From positions 71,858,001-71,922,000 of the forward strand of contig OX597827.1 in the NCBI GenBank assembly GCA_951406725.2: a DNA stretch of 64,000 bases. Direction: 5' to 3'. This document shows positions 1-12,657 of this stretch, in pieces. The notes under the pieces are model-generated. The model made no database searches and was not told the DNA's origin. It saw nothing but the letters and a program-made list of their open reading frames with translations. Both the position numbers and the translations under genes were made by a program. The stretch's first letter is position 1, and every line of letters begins with the position of its first letter. This DNA comes from Octopus vulgaris. Lineage: Eukaryota.

Positions 1-155
1 ACCAGTGACCTTGCAACTCATCAGCTGAGTGAACTGGAGCAACGTGAAATAAAGTGTCTTGCTCAAGAACATAACACAGCTCGGTCCGGGAATCGAACTC
101 GCTACCTCATGATTGTGAGCCTGATGCTCTAACCACTGGGCCATGCGCCTTCACA

Positions 156-578
156 CTCTTTACTCTTTACTCTTTTACTCTTTTACTTGTTTCAGTCATT
201 TGACTGCGGCCATGCTGGAGCACCGCCTTTAGTCGAGCAGCTCGACCCCGGGACTTATTCTTTTTGTAAGCCCAGTACTTATTCTATCGGTCTCTTTTTG
301 CCGAACCGCTAAGTTACGGGGACGTAAACATACCAGCATCGGTTGTCAAGCAATGCTTGGGGAACAGACACACAAACACACACACATACATACATATATA
401 TATATACATATATACGACAGGCTTCTTTCAGTTTCCGTCTACCAAATCCACTCACAAGGCATTGGTCGGCCCGGGGCTATAGCAGAAGACACTTGCCCAA
501 GATGCCACGCAGTGGGACTGAACCCGGAACCATGTGGTCGGTTAGCAAGCTACTTACCACACAGCCACTCCTGCGCCT
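156..578 (-). mobile_element. SINE family A (tRNA-derived, CORE-like, internal TA/TG microsatellite, tail gaaacaagtaaaagag)
   Basis: A/B-box-like head ggagtggctgtgtggtaag...gggttcagtccc and ccttgggcaagtg core. Other copies: 1827-2296(+), 14529-15035(+), 40227-40640(+), 43888-44290(+), 45658-46062(+), 46245-46620(+), 46910-47300(-), 49500-50252(-), 50903-51300(+), 53050-53450(-), 60410-60834(-), 61945-62350(-). Confidence 0.9.
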
Positions 579-745
579 ATGCAATATCATACAATATTCT
601 GTACCCTGTATTGGGTAAACCGACCCTGATTTTGAAGTTGGTTAATTTGCATCCAGTGTCTTAAAATTGAGTTTGTTCTTTTCTTTTTTATGCGAATTAA
701 TAAAGATTAAGCATAATCTACTTTAGAACTGTATTAATTTCTACC

Positions 746-1058
746 ACCGTGATCACCGTGACTGACCAGGATATCAGATGTTGCTACACATCGCTGGTCA
801 CAATGCGCTTCGCATTGTTTTAGCCTTCAAATGACGCCACCCCACTGGCTAAGCGAGCAGGCCAACAGAAGAAAGAGTGAGAGAAAGTTGTGGCGAAAGA
901 GTACAGTAGGGATCACCACCACCACCCCCTGCCGGAGCCTCGTAGAGCTTTAGGTGTTTTCGCTCAATAAACACTCACAACGCCCGGTCTGGGAATCGAA
1001 ATCGCAATCCTACGACCGCGAGTCCGCTGCCCTAACCACTGGGCCATTGCGCCTCCAC
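746..1058 (-). mobile_element. SINE family B (tRNA-Arg-like head), tail type 1, with 10-bp TSD
   Basis: Head gtggaggcgcaatggcccagtggttagggcagcggactcgc...ttcgattccc; TSD aatttctacc at 736-745 and 1059-1068; the same tail occurs at 43680-43817. Confidence 0.88.
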
Positions 1059-1063
1059 AATTT

Positions 1064-1997
1064 CTACCGGTATTTGTTAAATAGCATAGGTGCCAAGATG
1101 CATCCTTGTTTTAGTTCGCGCATGATTTGAAATTCTTCTGACAACTTGTTTTGGTGGAATACACGTCCAGACATATTGCCATGCATTGCTTGGACCAGAG
1201 AGATAAAGTGATCAGGATATCCAAAATGATGAGTAAACCTTCCACATATCAGCTCTTGGGACGCTATCAAGGGCCTTTTATTTTAGTAATAGAGAACAAG
1301 GAAAATGAATTTTTGTTGTTCCCTCTTTCTCTTTCTCTTTTCTCTTTTACTTGTTTCAGTCATTTGAACTGTGGCCATGCTGGAGCACCGCCTTTAATCG
1401 AGCAACTCGACCCCTGCTTTTTTTTCTTTTTTTTTTTTTATCTTGGAGTTACCTTGCACTGAAAATCATGTCAGTCGTGCCACGAGAGGCACGGACTGCA
1501 ATGCTTCACGAAGTTCCTCCAGACAATCCAGGAGTTGACATCAGATATATGGATATGATGAAGGACTTTTTAATCTTAGTAGATTTCGATCTAAACATCT
1601 AACACACATGCAACGCATCTCAGAACTTCGATATGCTGATGACAATGCTGCCCTCTGTCGTTCAAAGGAAGAACTCCAACAGTTTGTGACCAACTTTGCT
1701 ATGGCCTACCGTCGCTTTGGCCTTACAGTAAACACCAAGAAAACCAAGGTCCTTGCACAACCATCTTACCAGATTTTGATGTTACCATCTCCGATACACC
1801 TCTGGGAAAAGTAGAGCATTTTCCATAGGCACAGGAGTGGCTGTGTGGTAAGTACCTTTCTTACCAACCACATGGTTCCGGGTTCATTCCCTCTGCGTGG
1901 CACCTTGGGCAAGTGTCTTCTACTATAGCCTCGGGCCGACCAAAGCCTTGTGAGTGGATTTGGTAGACGGAAACTGAAAGAAGTTCGTCGTACATAT

Positions 1998-2037
<40 letters not shown>

Positions 2038-2038
2038 G

Positions 2039-2069
<31 letters not shown>

Positions 2070-2440
2070 CTGTGTATGTGTCTGTGTTTGCCCCCCCCCC
2101 CCCCAACATCGCTTGACAACCGATGCTGGGTGTGTTTACGTCCCCGTCACTTAGCGGTTCGGCAAAAGAGGCCGATAGAATAAGTACTAGGCTTACAAAG
2201 AATAAGTCCTGTGGTCGATTTGCTCTCGACTAAAGGCGGTGCTCCAGCATGGCCACAGTCAAATGACTGGAACAAGTAAAAGAGTAAAAGAATAAAAATC
2301 AGCATTTTATCAAACAACAAATGCACCGCAGAAAAGGATAAGGAACACTGAATTGGAGCTGCAAACGGGGCATTTGGAAAGTTAACCAAACGCTTCTTCA
2401 ACAACAAAGATCTTAACTTAACGAAAGTTAGGGTCTATAA
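1064..2440. pseudogene. RTE-clade LINE reverse-transcriptase fragment with inverted 5' part, interrupted by SINEs
   Basis: Minus 1490->1064: RGTTDMIFSAR*LQ...ALDSVPR...FGYPDHF...KQGCILAPMLFN. Plus from ~1493: AMLHEV...ELRYADD...FGLTVNTKKTKV...KVEHFP, continuing after the SINE at ~2298 as SILS...IGAANGAFGKL...TKVRVYK. Confidence 0.85.
1827..2296 (+). mobile_element. SINE family A, full length, inserted in the RTE fragment
   Basis: Full head-to-tail match to 156-578; splits the RTE motif HFPY|LxSIL. Confidence 0.9.
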
Positions 2441-2640
2441 ACTCATGTACTTTACTATTCTTCGTCTAATTTTCATTCTACAGTATACATGGTACGATAT
2501 GATACATTCGAAGAAATTTACGTGGATTAATAAATATCAAACAGACCTTGTTTTAGGAAGGATTAATTTGAATCTGTTAAATACAATCTAGTTCTTTACT
2601 TCCCATAGTTTATTTTATATCCTAAGTATATATTTCAGGA

Positions 2641-2888
2641 TGTGGAGGCGCGTGGCTTAGTGGTTAGGGTGTCAGCATCATGATCGTAAGATTGTGGTTT
2701 CGATTCCAGGACCGGGCGACGCGTTGTGTTCTTGAACGAAACACTTCATTTCACGTTGCTCCAGTCCACTCAGCCGGCAAAAATGAGTAACGCTGCGATG
2801 GACTGGCGTCCCGTCCAGCTAGGGAACACATACGCCATAGAAACAAGGAAACCGGGCCCATGAGCCTGGCTAGGCTTTAAAAGGGCGG
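2641..2888 (+). mobile_element. SINE family D (tRNA head, V-domain-like); 5' parts also at 1-153(-) and 39667-39800(-)
   Basis: tRNA-like head, then gttcttga.c.a.acactt.atttcac.ttgctccagt.cactcagc and tgcgatggactggcgtcccgtccag, a V-SINE-like motif. Confidence 0.7.
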
Positions 2889-2889
2889 A

Positions 2890-3870
2890 ATTACTACCTC
2901 CCACTTTGAAGGGTATGCGCTTGCAATCCACGAACAAGAAATATCAACCAATTACCTGATGCACAAAAGGTATAGAGATGCAGGAAAAGCAGTAATATGT
3001 GACAACCGATGCAGACTTTGTAGAGTTAACCCCGAAGATATCACCCACATCATAAGCTGTTGTCCGAAAATGACTTCACGGTATTATCTACCGATGAGAC
3101 ATAATGTTGTGGCTAGGACACTGTATAAGGATAAGCCCGAGGACAAAGAAATAAGAACCCACAGTATGGTAGAAGCCATAGCAACTCATAATAGAAAGGA
3201 GTCTTGATGGAATGTCCCAGGGAAAACCTGAATAAAATATAAGCACAACAGACCTGATATAATGACTTGAGACAGAGAAGAGAAACTGTGTACAGTTGTG
3301 GAAATTAGCTGCCCAGCAGATGTTAACATAAAGCTGAAGGTCAGTGGAAAAGAGAATACCAACGCTGAACTATTGAGAAATCCGAAGTTTCTCTATCCAG
3401 GTGTATACATGTAATTATTGGGACGCTGGGATATGAAACACACTACCTAAATACCAATCTTGAGGAATTAGGCTTCTCAAAACCAGAAAGGAGAAAGCTG
3501 ATTCGAAGACTACAGATCCAGTCCATCACTGGTACTGTAAAAATCTGTAAAACTTTCCAGAAGTTTATCCATTAAATATATATGAGCATGTCTAGATATG
3601 CAAATATATGCACGAGAATACATACATAAAGCAAAACGTACAAATCTGCACATCATACATACATACATACATACATACATACATACATACATACATACAT
3701 ACATACATACATACATACATACATACACGCATGCATACACGTATGCATATATACATACAAAAATACCCTGTTGTTGATGTTGAAATTCCAATGAAGGAGT
3801 CTTGGATCTAGGTTAGAAACCGGCTCTTTCTCTATTGGTAAGAAACCTTGAAATAAAACTGAATAATGAC
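2890..3870 (+). pseudogene. R4/Dong-like non-LTR retrotransposon 3' fragment (CCHC knuckle plus restriction-like endonuclease) with 3'UTR ending in (TACA)n
   Basis: CRLC...HIISCC, RHNVVA, RPDI, VEISCP, VIIGTLG motifs with in-frame stops; 3'UTR ...gaaaccttgaaataaaactgaataatgac followed by (TACA)n. Confidence 0.85.
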
Positions 3871-3904
3871 ATGCATACATACACACACACATACATACAT
3901 TCGG

Positions 3905-3947
<43 letters not shown>

Positions 3948-4031
3948 TACATATATACATACATACATACATACATACATACATACGTACATACATACAC
4001 AAACACATACATACATACATACATACATACA

Positions 4032-4063
<32 letters not shown>

Positions 4064-4707
4064 CACATACATACATATACACATACATACATACATACAT
4101 ACATACATACACACACACATACATACATACATACATACACACATACATACATACATACATACACACACACACGCATACATACATACATACACACATACAT
4201 ACATACATACATACATACATACATACATACATACATACATACATACATACATACATACATACATACATACATACATACATACGTAGGTACGTACATAGAA
4301 AATGCCAAATTGACAACTTCGACAAGACAGGGTTTGCAGAAGGAGCCTCCAAGCAAAACAACAAACATATATAAGACTTTTCTGAAACTCAACACGTAAC
4401 ACGTATCGCTTTTGTTAAGCAAATTCCAACGATGAAGCTTTGGTTTCTTTGTTAGAAACCAGTTTCTTCCTTTTAGGAAGAATTCAAATTTTTGGTAATA
4501 AAAGAAAAAATAGGAGAGAAGACGTACGTGTATACATTCGGATATATACATACATACATACATACATACATACATACATACATACATACATACACACGTG
4601 CTTATATACATAAATGTTTTTTATTCACAGGCACACAGATACTTATGCACATATATATATATATATATATATACATATGTTCCTAAATACACGTATATAC
4701 ATGTATG

Positions 4708-4805
<98 letters not shown>

Positions 4806-4948
4806 CATATACATATACATGCATATATATGTACATAAATACATATATATACACAGACATACATAATACATACGTACACATGTATATACACACGCATATA
4901 TATATGTAAATACATACATATATATATAAGTATACATATATAAATATA

Positions 4949-4999
<51 letters not shown>

Positions 5000-6284
5000 T
5001 TATGACAGCCAAGTATCATTTCCGTTGTGAATAGTCGTGAAATGATTCCATACTAAGCTGTTCTTAACATTCGAGACACAACCCCGAGGGTACAGGAAAC
5101 AAATTTACTCGTCTGGGACTTAGTTTATAACTCGTGTTGTTGTTTTAGCTATTGTTAATATGGTGATAGAGATGGTGGTGGAGATTGTAGTAATTCTTAT
5201 CGTAGTTGTATCTGGGGTAGTTTTAGTAGCGTTGTTAGTAGTAGATATAGTGGTGGCGATGGTGGAGATAATGGTAGTGTAAGCGACGGTGAGGATGCTA
5301 ACGTTGGTTTCAAATGGTGATACTAGGCCAGTTTTTTTTCCGTAGAGGGATTACATCGATCACACCGACCCCTGTGATCAACCAGTACTCATTACATCGA
5401 CCCCTAAAGGGGTAAAAGGCAAAGTCGGCCTTGGCGGGATTTGAACTCAGATCGCAAAGACGGACTAAATACTGCTAAGCATTTTACCCGGCGCGGTAGC
5501 GATTCTGCCGGCTCGCCACCTTTACGAGGATGCGTAACTAATAATTATTTAATCGACCCCTAAAAGATGAAAGGCAAAGTCGACCTTGGCGGAATTTGAA
5601 CTCAGAACGTAACGGCAGACGAAATACCGCTAAGCAATACTCTTTTCTACTCTAGGCATAAGGCCCGAAATTTTTGGGAGAGGTGGGGGGGGGGGGGTCA
5701 GTCGATTAGATCGACCTCAGTACGCAACTAGTACTTTATTTATCGACCCTGAAAGGATGAAAGGCAAAGTCGACCTCGGCAGAATTTGAACTCAGAACGT
5801 AAAGACAGACAAGAGGTGAATAAAGTATCGATAGACTACTGGGGTTCATGTAATCAGCTTACCTCTACCCCGAAATTACTGGTATGAGCAGAAACTCGAA
5901 ACCAATATAAATAGAAGCGTTAAGGCTGCGGGCTGGCAGAATCGTTAGCACGCAGGGCTCAGCAGTATTTCGTCCGTCTTTACGTTCCGAGTTCAAATTC
6001 CGCCGGGATCGACTTTGCCTTTCATCCCTCCGGGTGTCGGTAAAATAAGTACCAGGTGAGCACTGCTGTCGATGACCTTAAACTGCATTCGGTAGCGGGG
6101 CCCTGATTCGAGAATCCCAGGCTTTTAAGGACTGTGGAACCTTTTCTTAGCCACTATTGCTCCTAGGTCTACTCTGTTAGGGTCCCAACTGTGTGTCAAT
6201 TAGCGTATTATAGAAGAAACCCTCAATGTGTTGTAAGTGCCTTGGGAAAGGAAATGATTAGGGGAGTCAACCTTGACCGCAAAC

Positions 6285-6548
6285 CAAGAAGTAGAGTCCC
6301 TCGGACAGTCAGTGCACTCTTTATTTCATTTTTTTTGGCCTTACACAGAGAAAGGAAGCTTCGGGCCGGACGTAGACATAATGTTAAATGAAAATGATGA
6401 TTTTCCCCCATTAATCATCATCTTCATTTTCATTTCATAAAACATTATATCTACGTCCGGCCCGCAGCTTCCTTTCTCTGTGTAAGGCCTTATGACCAAT
6501 ATAATGAAATAAAGAGGGCACTGACTGTCCGAGGGACTCTACTTCTTG
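6285..6548. repeat. Long imperfect inverted repeat (fold-back)
   Basis: caagaagtagagtccctcggacagtcagtgc...ggccttacacagagaaaggaagct.cgggccggacgtaga mirrored from ~6413 to 6548. Confidence 0.9.
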
Positions 6549-6716
6549 ATTCAAAGAGTCAGTGCCCTCTTTGATACGCTTTCAGTAACTCCGGCCCTGT
6601 AAGGCAAATTCACTACAGCTTGCTGGTCACCGCAGCCCTTTTAGCCAGCTGAGCCACTGTGGTCAGATCTCCAAGCTTAAAGAGTGGGATCAGATTACAC
6701 GGATTAACTCTTACCT

Positions 6717-7180
6717 TAACCTTTTTCTCATCATATTTCTGTCAACATATGCTCCCATTATTTCAATTAATTATTTTAAGATAATGAAGAATTTAGCAAA
6801 ATAACTTTCTCATTATTAAGCTGGGATCTAAAACAGCAAGCTGGCAGAATCGTTAGCATGCCGGACAAAATGCTAAGCGGCATTTTCTCTGTCTTTACAT
6901 TCTGAGTTCAAAATTCTACCAAGGTCGACTTTGCCTTTCATCATTTTGGAATCAATAAAATGAGTACCAAGTGATCACTAGGGTCGATGTAATCAACTGG
7001 CTCCCTCCCTCAAAAGTTCAGGCCCTGTGCCTATAATAGAAAGGATTATTAAGCTGGGGTCTGAAATAAATTAGCATAAAGCTTTGATGAAAGATTATAA
7101 CTCAGACGATTTTAAAACAGTAAGTTTCTGTCATAGACCCTGGGGCGATCTCAGGCCCAGGTTGGTATCAAAAGGGCTAG
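6717..7180. mobile_element. piggyBac-like MITE interrupted by a SINE; related inverted copy at ~61778-62422
   Basis: ttaa-cctttt ... ggtatcaaaaggg ends; the SINE at ~6836-7046 is flanked by duplicated attattaagctggg; 61778 ttgacccttttgatacc ... aaaaggggttaa 62422. Confidence 0.5.
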
Positions 7181-8027
7181 AACAACTGCAGTGTCAAGGA
7201 TTGGTTTACATTGAACACAAGAGGATGTGCTGCCTTTCCTCGTGGTCTCCGGACGCGAAGAAACTGCCATCAGTGTATGGTAGTAGTGCATGACATTGTT
7301 GTATGACAGCAGCGTATGATATTATTGTATAGCAGTGATATATGAGGAAAAAATAGGAATGTGGCACTCCGTCAGTTACGACGATGAGGGTTCCAGTTGA
7401 TTCGATCAACGGAACAGCCTGCTCGTGAAATTAACATGCAAGTGGCTGAGCATTTCACAGACACCTGTACCCTTAACGTAGTTCTCAAGGAGATTCAGCA
7501 TGACACATAATGTGACAAGGCTGGCCCTTTGCAATACAGGTACATCAGAAACAGGAAGAAAGAGTGAGAGAGAGTTGTGATGAAAGAGTACAGCAGGGAT
7601 CACCACCATCCCCTGCCGGAGCCTCATGGAGCTTTACGTGTTTTCGTTCACAACGTCCGGTCTGGGAATCGAATCCACGATCCTATGACCTTGAGTCCGC
7701 TGCCCTAACCCCTGGGCCATTGCACCTCCACTATAGGAATGTAGTATACGACTGAGTGTATAGCAGTGATGTATGACTGTGATGTATGATGGTGGTGTAT
7801 GGCAGATATGTATGGCAATGCTATATGGCAGTGTTGTATGGTATTGGGATACACTTATGATATATGATAATGATTGTTGTTGTTATTGTTGTTGCTGTTG
7901 TTTGGCCACAGGTTATCTCTTACAAACAGATCAATAATCAAAGATACACCACCCAAGATCCAATCTTTTCCAGCACAGTCTTATATTTGCCAATACACTA
8001 TCTTTAGGATAGTAAGGTGTGATCATT

Positions 8028-8070
<43 letters not shown>

Positions 8071-8159
8071 AAAGGTTTGAAAATGCAATTTAAACGATGT
8101 TTAAATTTTCAAACCTTTTTTCATATATAATCCCACTCGTGCGATACCCCACAACTCAA

Positions 8160-8226
<67 letters not shown>

Positions 8227-8294
8227 AAGGGATTCAGCTGCTATTTTTAGCAGGTCGAGCGACCACATAGTGGCACGGTGGAAGTCTGTATTTG

Positions 8295-8900
8295 CTAGGG
8301 TTGTTTGACAATGGTGATTGTTAGACATGTACATGTGTGTGAGACAGTGGTGATTGATGTGTGTGATAAGTGACAGTGGTGTTTGTTAGAGGTGTGTGAT
8401 AGTGTTGTGTTCGACAGAGGTGTGTGACAGCGGCGTTTTTTAAAGGTATGTGACAATGGTATTTGTCAGTGTGTGACAGTTGTGTTAGATGTATGGGATA
8501 GTGGTGTTGTGTTTGGCAACGGTTGTGATTAACAAGGGTGTCTGTTGAAGATACGTAACAATGATGTTTATTACAGGTGTTTGACAGTGGGGTTGTTAGA
8601 AGTGTGTGATAAATAGGTGGTGTTTGGCGAGGGTGTTCGACAACGATGTTTGGTAGAGATGTATGGCAGTGACGGTTGTGAGAGGTGTATGACAGTTGTG
8701 CTTTGCAAAACTGTTTGACAGTGGTGTCTATTGCAAGTGTATGACAGCATTGTTTGTTAGAAGCGTATGGTAGTGGTGTTGACTAGAAGCGTATGACAAT
8801 GGTGTTTGTTAGAAGTGTATGGCAGTGGAGTTTATTAGAAGTGTATGGTAATGTCTTTAGTGAGAAGTGTATGACTGGAATTTGTTGGAAGTGTATGACA
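8295..8900. repeat. Degenerate ~28-bp minisatellite
   Basis: Recurrent gtgtatgacagtggtgtttgttagaa-like units. Confidence 0.7.
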
Positions 8901-9194
8901 GGGGTACTTGAGAACGAAACAATGTTGGTTAACGGGGGGAATTTGCTAGCGATAGCCGTTAATTGAAATTGTATTTTCTAGGGTAGGAGTTTGCAGTAGT
9001 AGTATACAGGAGCGGAAGGTAATACTGTTTGCTGGCAGACAGTAGTTCTATTAATGAATGTCATTGCCGTTGTTGGTGTTGTTGTGCGTCCAACTCAACT
9101 CTGACTGAGCGTTGTTCAAAGTGGTATTCCAGCTCCAGAGTCACCATTTCGTCCTTAATTTTTAAAGACTACGAAACCTGTTGAATATTATGTG

Positions 9195-9752
9195 CTTTTC
9201 TACTCTAGGCACAGGGCCCAAAATTTTTTTTTTGGGGGGGGGGGCAGTCAATTTGATCGACCCCAGTACGCAACTGGTACTTAATTTATCGACCTCGAAA
9301 GGATGAAAGGCAAAGTTGACCTCGGAGGAATCTGAACTCAGAACGTAAAGACGGACGAAATACCTATTTCTTTACTACCCACAAGGAGCTACACACAGAG
9401 GGGACAAACAAGGACAGACGAACGGATTAAGTCGATTATATCGACCCCAGTGCGTAACTGGCACTTATTTAATCGACCTCGAAAGGATGAAAGGCAAAGT
9501 CGACCTCGGAGGAATCTGAACTCAGAACGTAAAGACGGACGAAATACCTATTTCTTTACTACCCACAGGGGGCTACACACAGAGGGGACAAACAAGGACA
9601 GACGAACGGATTAAGTCGATTATATCGACCCCAGTGCGTAACTGGCACTTATTTAATCGACCCCGAAAGGATGAAAGGCAAAGTCGACCTCGGCGGCATT
9701 TGGACTTAGAACGTAGCGGCAGACGAAATACGGCTACGCATTTCGCCCGGCG
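9195..9752 (-). repeat. Tandem array of three SINE-C units (~180-bp period)
   Basis: gaaaggatgaaaggcaaagt...gaactcagaacgtaaagacggacgaaatacctatttctttactacccac recurs at ~9297, ~9481 and ~9665 (last unit partial). Confidence 0.8.
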
Positions 9753-9967
9753 TGCTTGCCACCTAAATGTGACTGACCCACAATGGACGGGCAAATATAC
9801 TTCACGATGTCGTGCTGCTTCTGTTTATATCTCGCTCAGAGATTTATTGTTGCTTATATATATATATATATATAGTTAATAATACCTGGGTAATAAAGAT
9901 TATAGAAATTTTTACTACCAGTGGCCTAGCGTATAGAAAAATTAGTCAATAGACTTTATATTATTCA

Positions 9968-10354
9968 TCTCTCTATATATAAACGGCAGTTTGTCTGTGC
10001 GTGTTTCTGCGTGTCTGTTTTCTCGTACCCTCACCCTGACCACGGCTTTCAACCGATTCTGATGAAACTTGACACACACATAGCCCAATGTCATAATTCA
10101 AAACTAACGCAGCGAAAATTTTGAAAAGTTAACCCCAGTTCTGAAAAAAATCGATAAATTCGACATGGGGTCGAGAATAAAAAAAAACAAACCACAGACT
10201 GTCTAGGGGACGCAACTCAACCTTTTTTTACTCTCAAAAAAAATTTACCATAATTTTTTTTCCATTTTTTTGCTATTTTTTTGCTATAACTCTCTAAAAA
10301 TGCTTTATAGTTATTTCCCTTACAAACCTGAGCAACGCCGGGCGATACTGCTAG
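9968..10354 (+). mobile_element. Non-autonomous Helitron
   Basis: A|TC 5' end, CTAG|T 3' end, subterminal hairpin cctgagcaacgccggg, no TSD; second copy at 50272-50643. Confidence 0.85.
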
Positions 10355-10465
10355 TATAAAATACAGTGTACATTTAAACACATTAAGAGGTTTCCATCAT
10401 AAGCGTAAGGGAGTCCTATATTGGAAACATCTTAATGTGTTTAAATGTACACTGTATTTTATTTG

Positions 10466-10525
<60 letters not shown>

Positions 10526-11795
10526 CGATGTTTGTCCACTCGTGACACTTGTGGCTTCACCGGTATTCATGTGTGTGTATAGGTATATATACACACATGG
10601 CATCAATGACCACAGTACTTGACCAGTATTTTATCTTATCGTACCCAGTAAGGTGGGGAGGAAAAATAATGTTATTCTCGGCGGGATTTTGAACTCTGGC
10701 CCAGTGGTTAGGGGCAGTGGACTCGCGGTCGTAGGATCGCGGTTTCGATTCCCAGGCCGGGCCGGGCGTTGTGAGTGTTTATTGAGCGGAAACAACCTAA
10801 AAGCTCCACGAGGCTCCGGCGGGTGCGGGGGGGGGGGGGGTGATCCCTGCTGTACTCTTTCACCACTAAAGGCGGTGCTCCAGCATGGCCGCAGTCAAAT
10901 GACTGAAACAAGTAAAAGAGAGAGTATATGAGCCGAAACAAATACCGCCAAAAAAATAATAATAATAAATAAATGCAATTTTTTCCGACGCTCAAGCGAT
11001 TCCACCAATTCATCACACGAAATGGAGGCTTTCATTGTTCTTTCCAATTTTGGTAAATGGCTTTGGAGGCGGGGGGGGGGGGCTATTCGTTTCCATCGAC
11101 ACCGGTACTCGTCCGGTACTTTATCTTATCGAACTCAAAATGGATGAAAAGGCGAAGTCGAAACTCGGCGGCATTTGAACTCAGAACGTAAAGAATCGGA
11201 AGAAAAGCCGCTAAGCATTTTGTTCGACGCGCTAACACTTCTACCAGCTCGCCACTTTTGTAGAACCTTTAATAAACCTTTAATAAATCATTTCTACAGA
11301 TGGTACAAGGCCTGAAATGTTAGGGGGTGTGGTCAGTCGATTTCATTGACCCTAGTACTTGAGCAGTACCTATTTCTTCGACCCCCGAAAGGAAGAAAGG
11401 CAAATTTGAATCGACCCCCAGCGTGTAACTGGTACTTAATTTATCGGCCGCGAAAGGATGAAAGACAAAGTCGACCTCGGCGGAATTTGAACTCAGAACG
11501 TAATGATGGACGAAATGCCACTGGGAATTTTGCCCGGCGTTCTAACCATTCTGCCAGCCCGATGCCCTCAAAGTCGACCGCGGTGGAATTTGAACGCGGA
11601 ACGTAAAGCATTTCGCCCGGCATTGCTAACGATTAAGCCAGCTCGCCGCCTTATTTTTATGTGGAACCTTTAACAATGACAACTAACATTGAATGCCTGA
11701 GCGAGAAGGAGACGGGCTGATACCGAATCGGATGGCAACGTTATGTATAATGATAGAGAGTGGTGGTGGTGGTGGTGGTGGTGGTGGTGGTGATG

Positions 11796-11844
<49 letters not shown>

Positions 11845-11926
11845 AAGCAATGGCAGTGCTAGTCATGTGACTACATATACACTGGCTAATGTTGGATGTG
11901 GTAGTGTTGTGACAGCGTTGGTAGTG

Positions 11927-12067
<141 letters not shown>

Positions 12068-12449
12068 ATAGCGATAGTGATGATGATAATGATGGCGATG
12101 ATGGTGGCGTTGATAGTGGAGTGATGGTCGAGTAGTGGTGGTAGTGGTGATGCTGCTGTTGCTACTGATGTTGTTGCTGGTGGTATGGTACTAGTTGTGA
12201 CAGACCAATAGATAAACAGGTATACATACATACATACATACATACAAGCTTGGACGCAGGTCACCCCTGACTGAGCAGATCCATGATTAAAAGCCACCCA
12301 ACCGTAATCATCCCGCCGTTTTAGGCTGAATTTGAACTGCATTGTCAGATACGTCCATTACTTTGAGAGTATGATTCGAAGAGTTGACTGTTATATCTAG
12401 CAGGTCGCGTGACCACGTAAAGACTTTCACATTCATTCGAAGACATAGG

Positions 12450-12657
<208 letters not shown>

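Noticed and set aside
343-664. Recurrent peptides like YDRLLSVSVYQIHSQG...EDTCPRCHAVGLNPEPCG
   Set aside because: Antisense translations of SINE family A, not a gene family.
3780-3832. Hammerhead-like spacing in the R4 3'UTR (ccaatga...gaaaccgg.tc; similar at ~4425 and ~41853)
   Set aside because: The core lacks the essential G5 or a clean CUGANGA, and helix I cannot be drawn adjacent to it.
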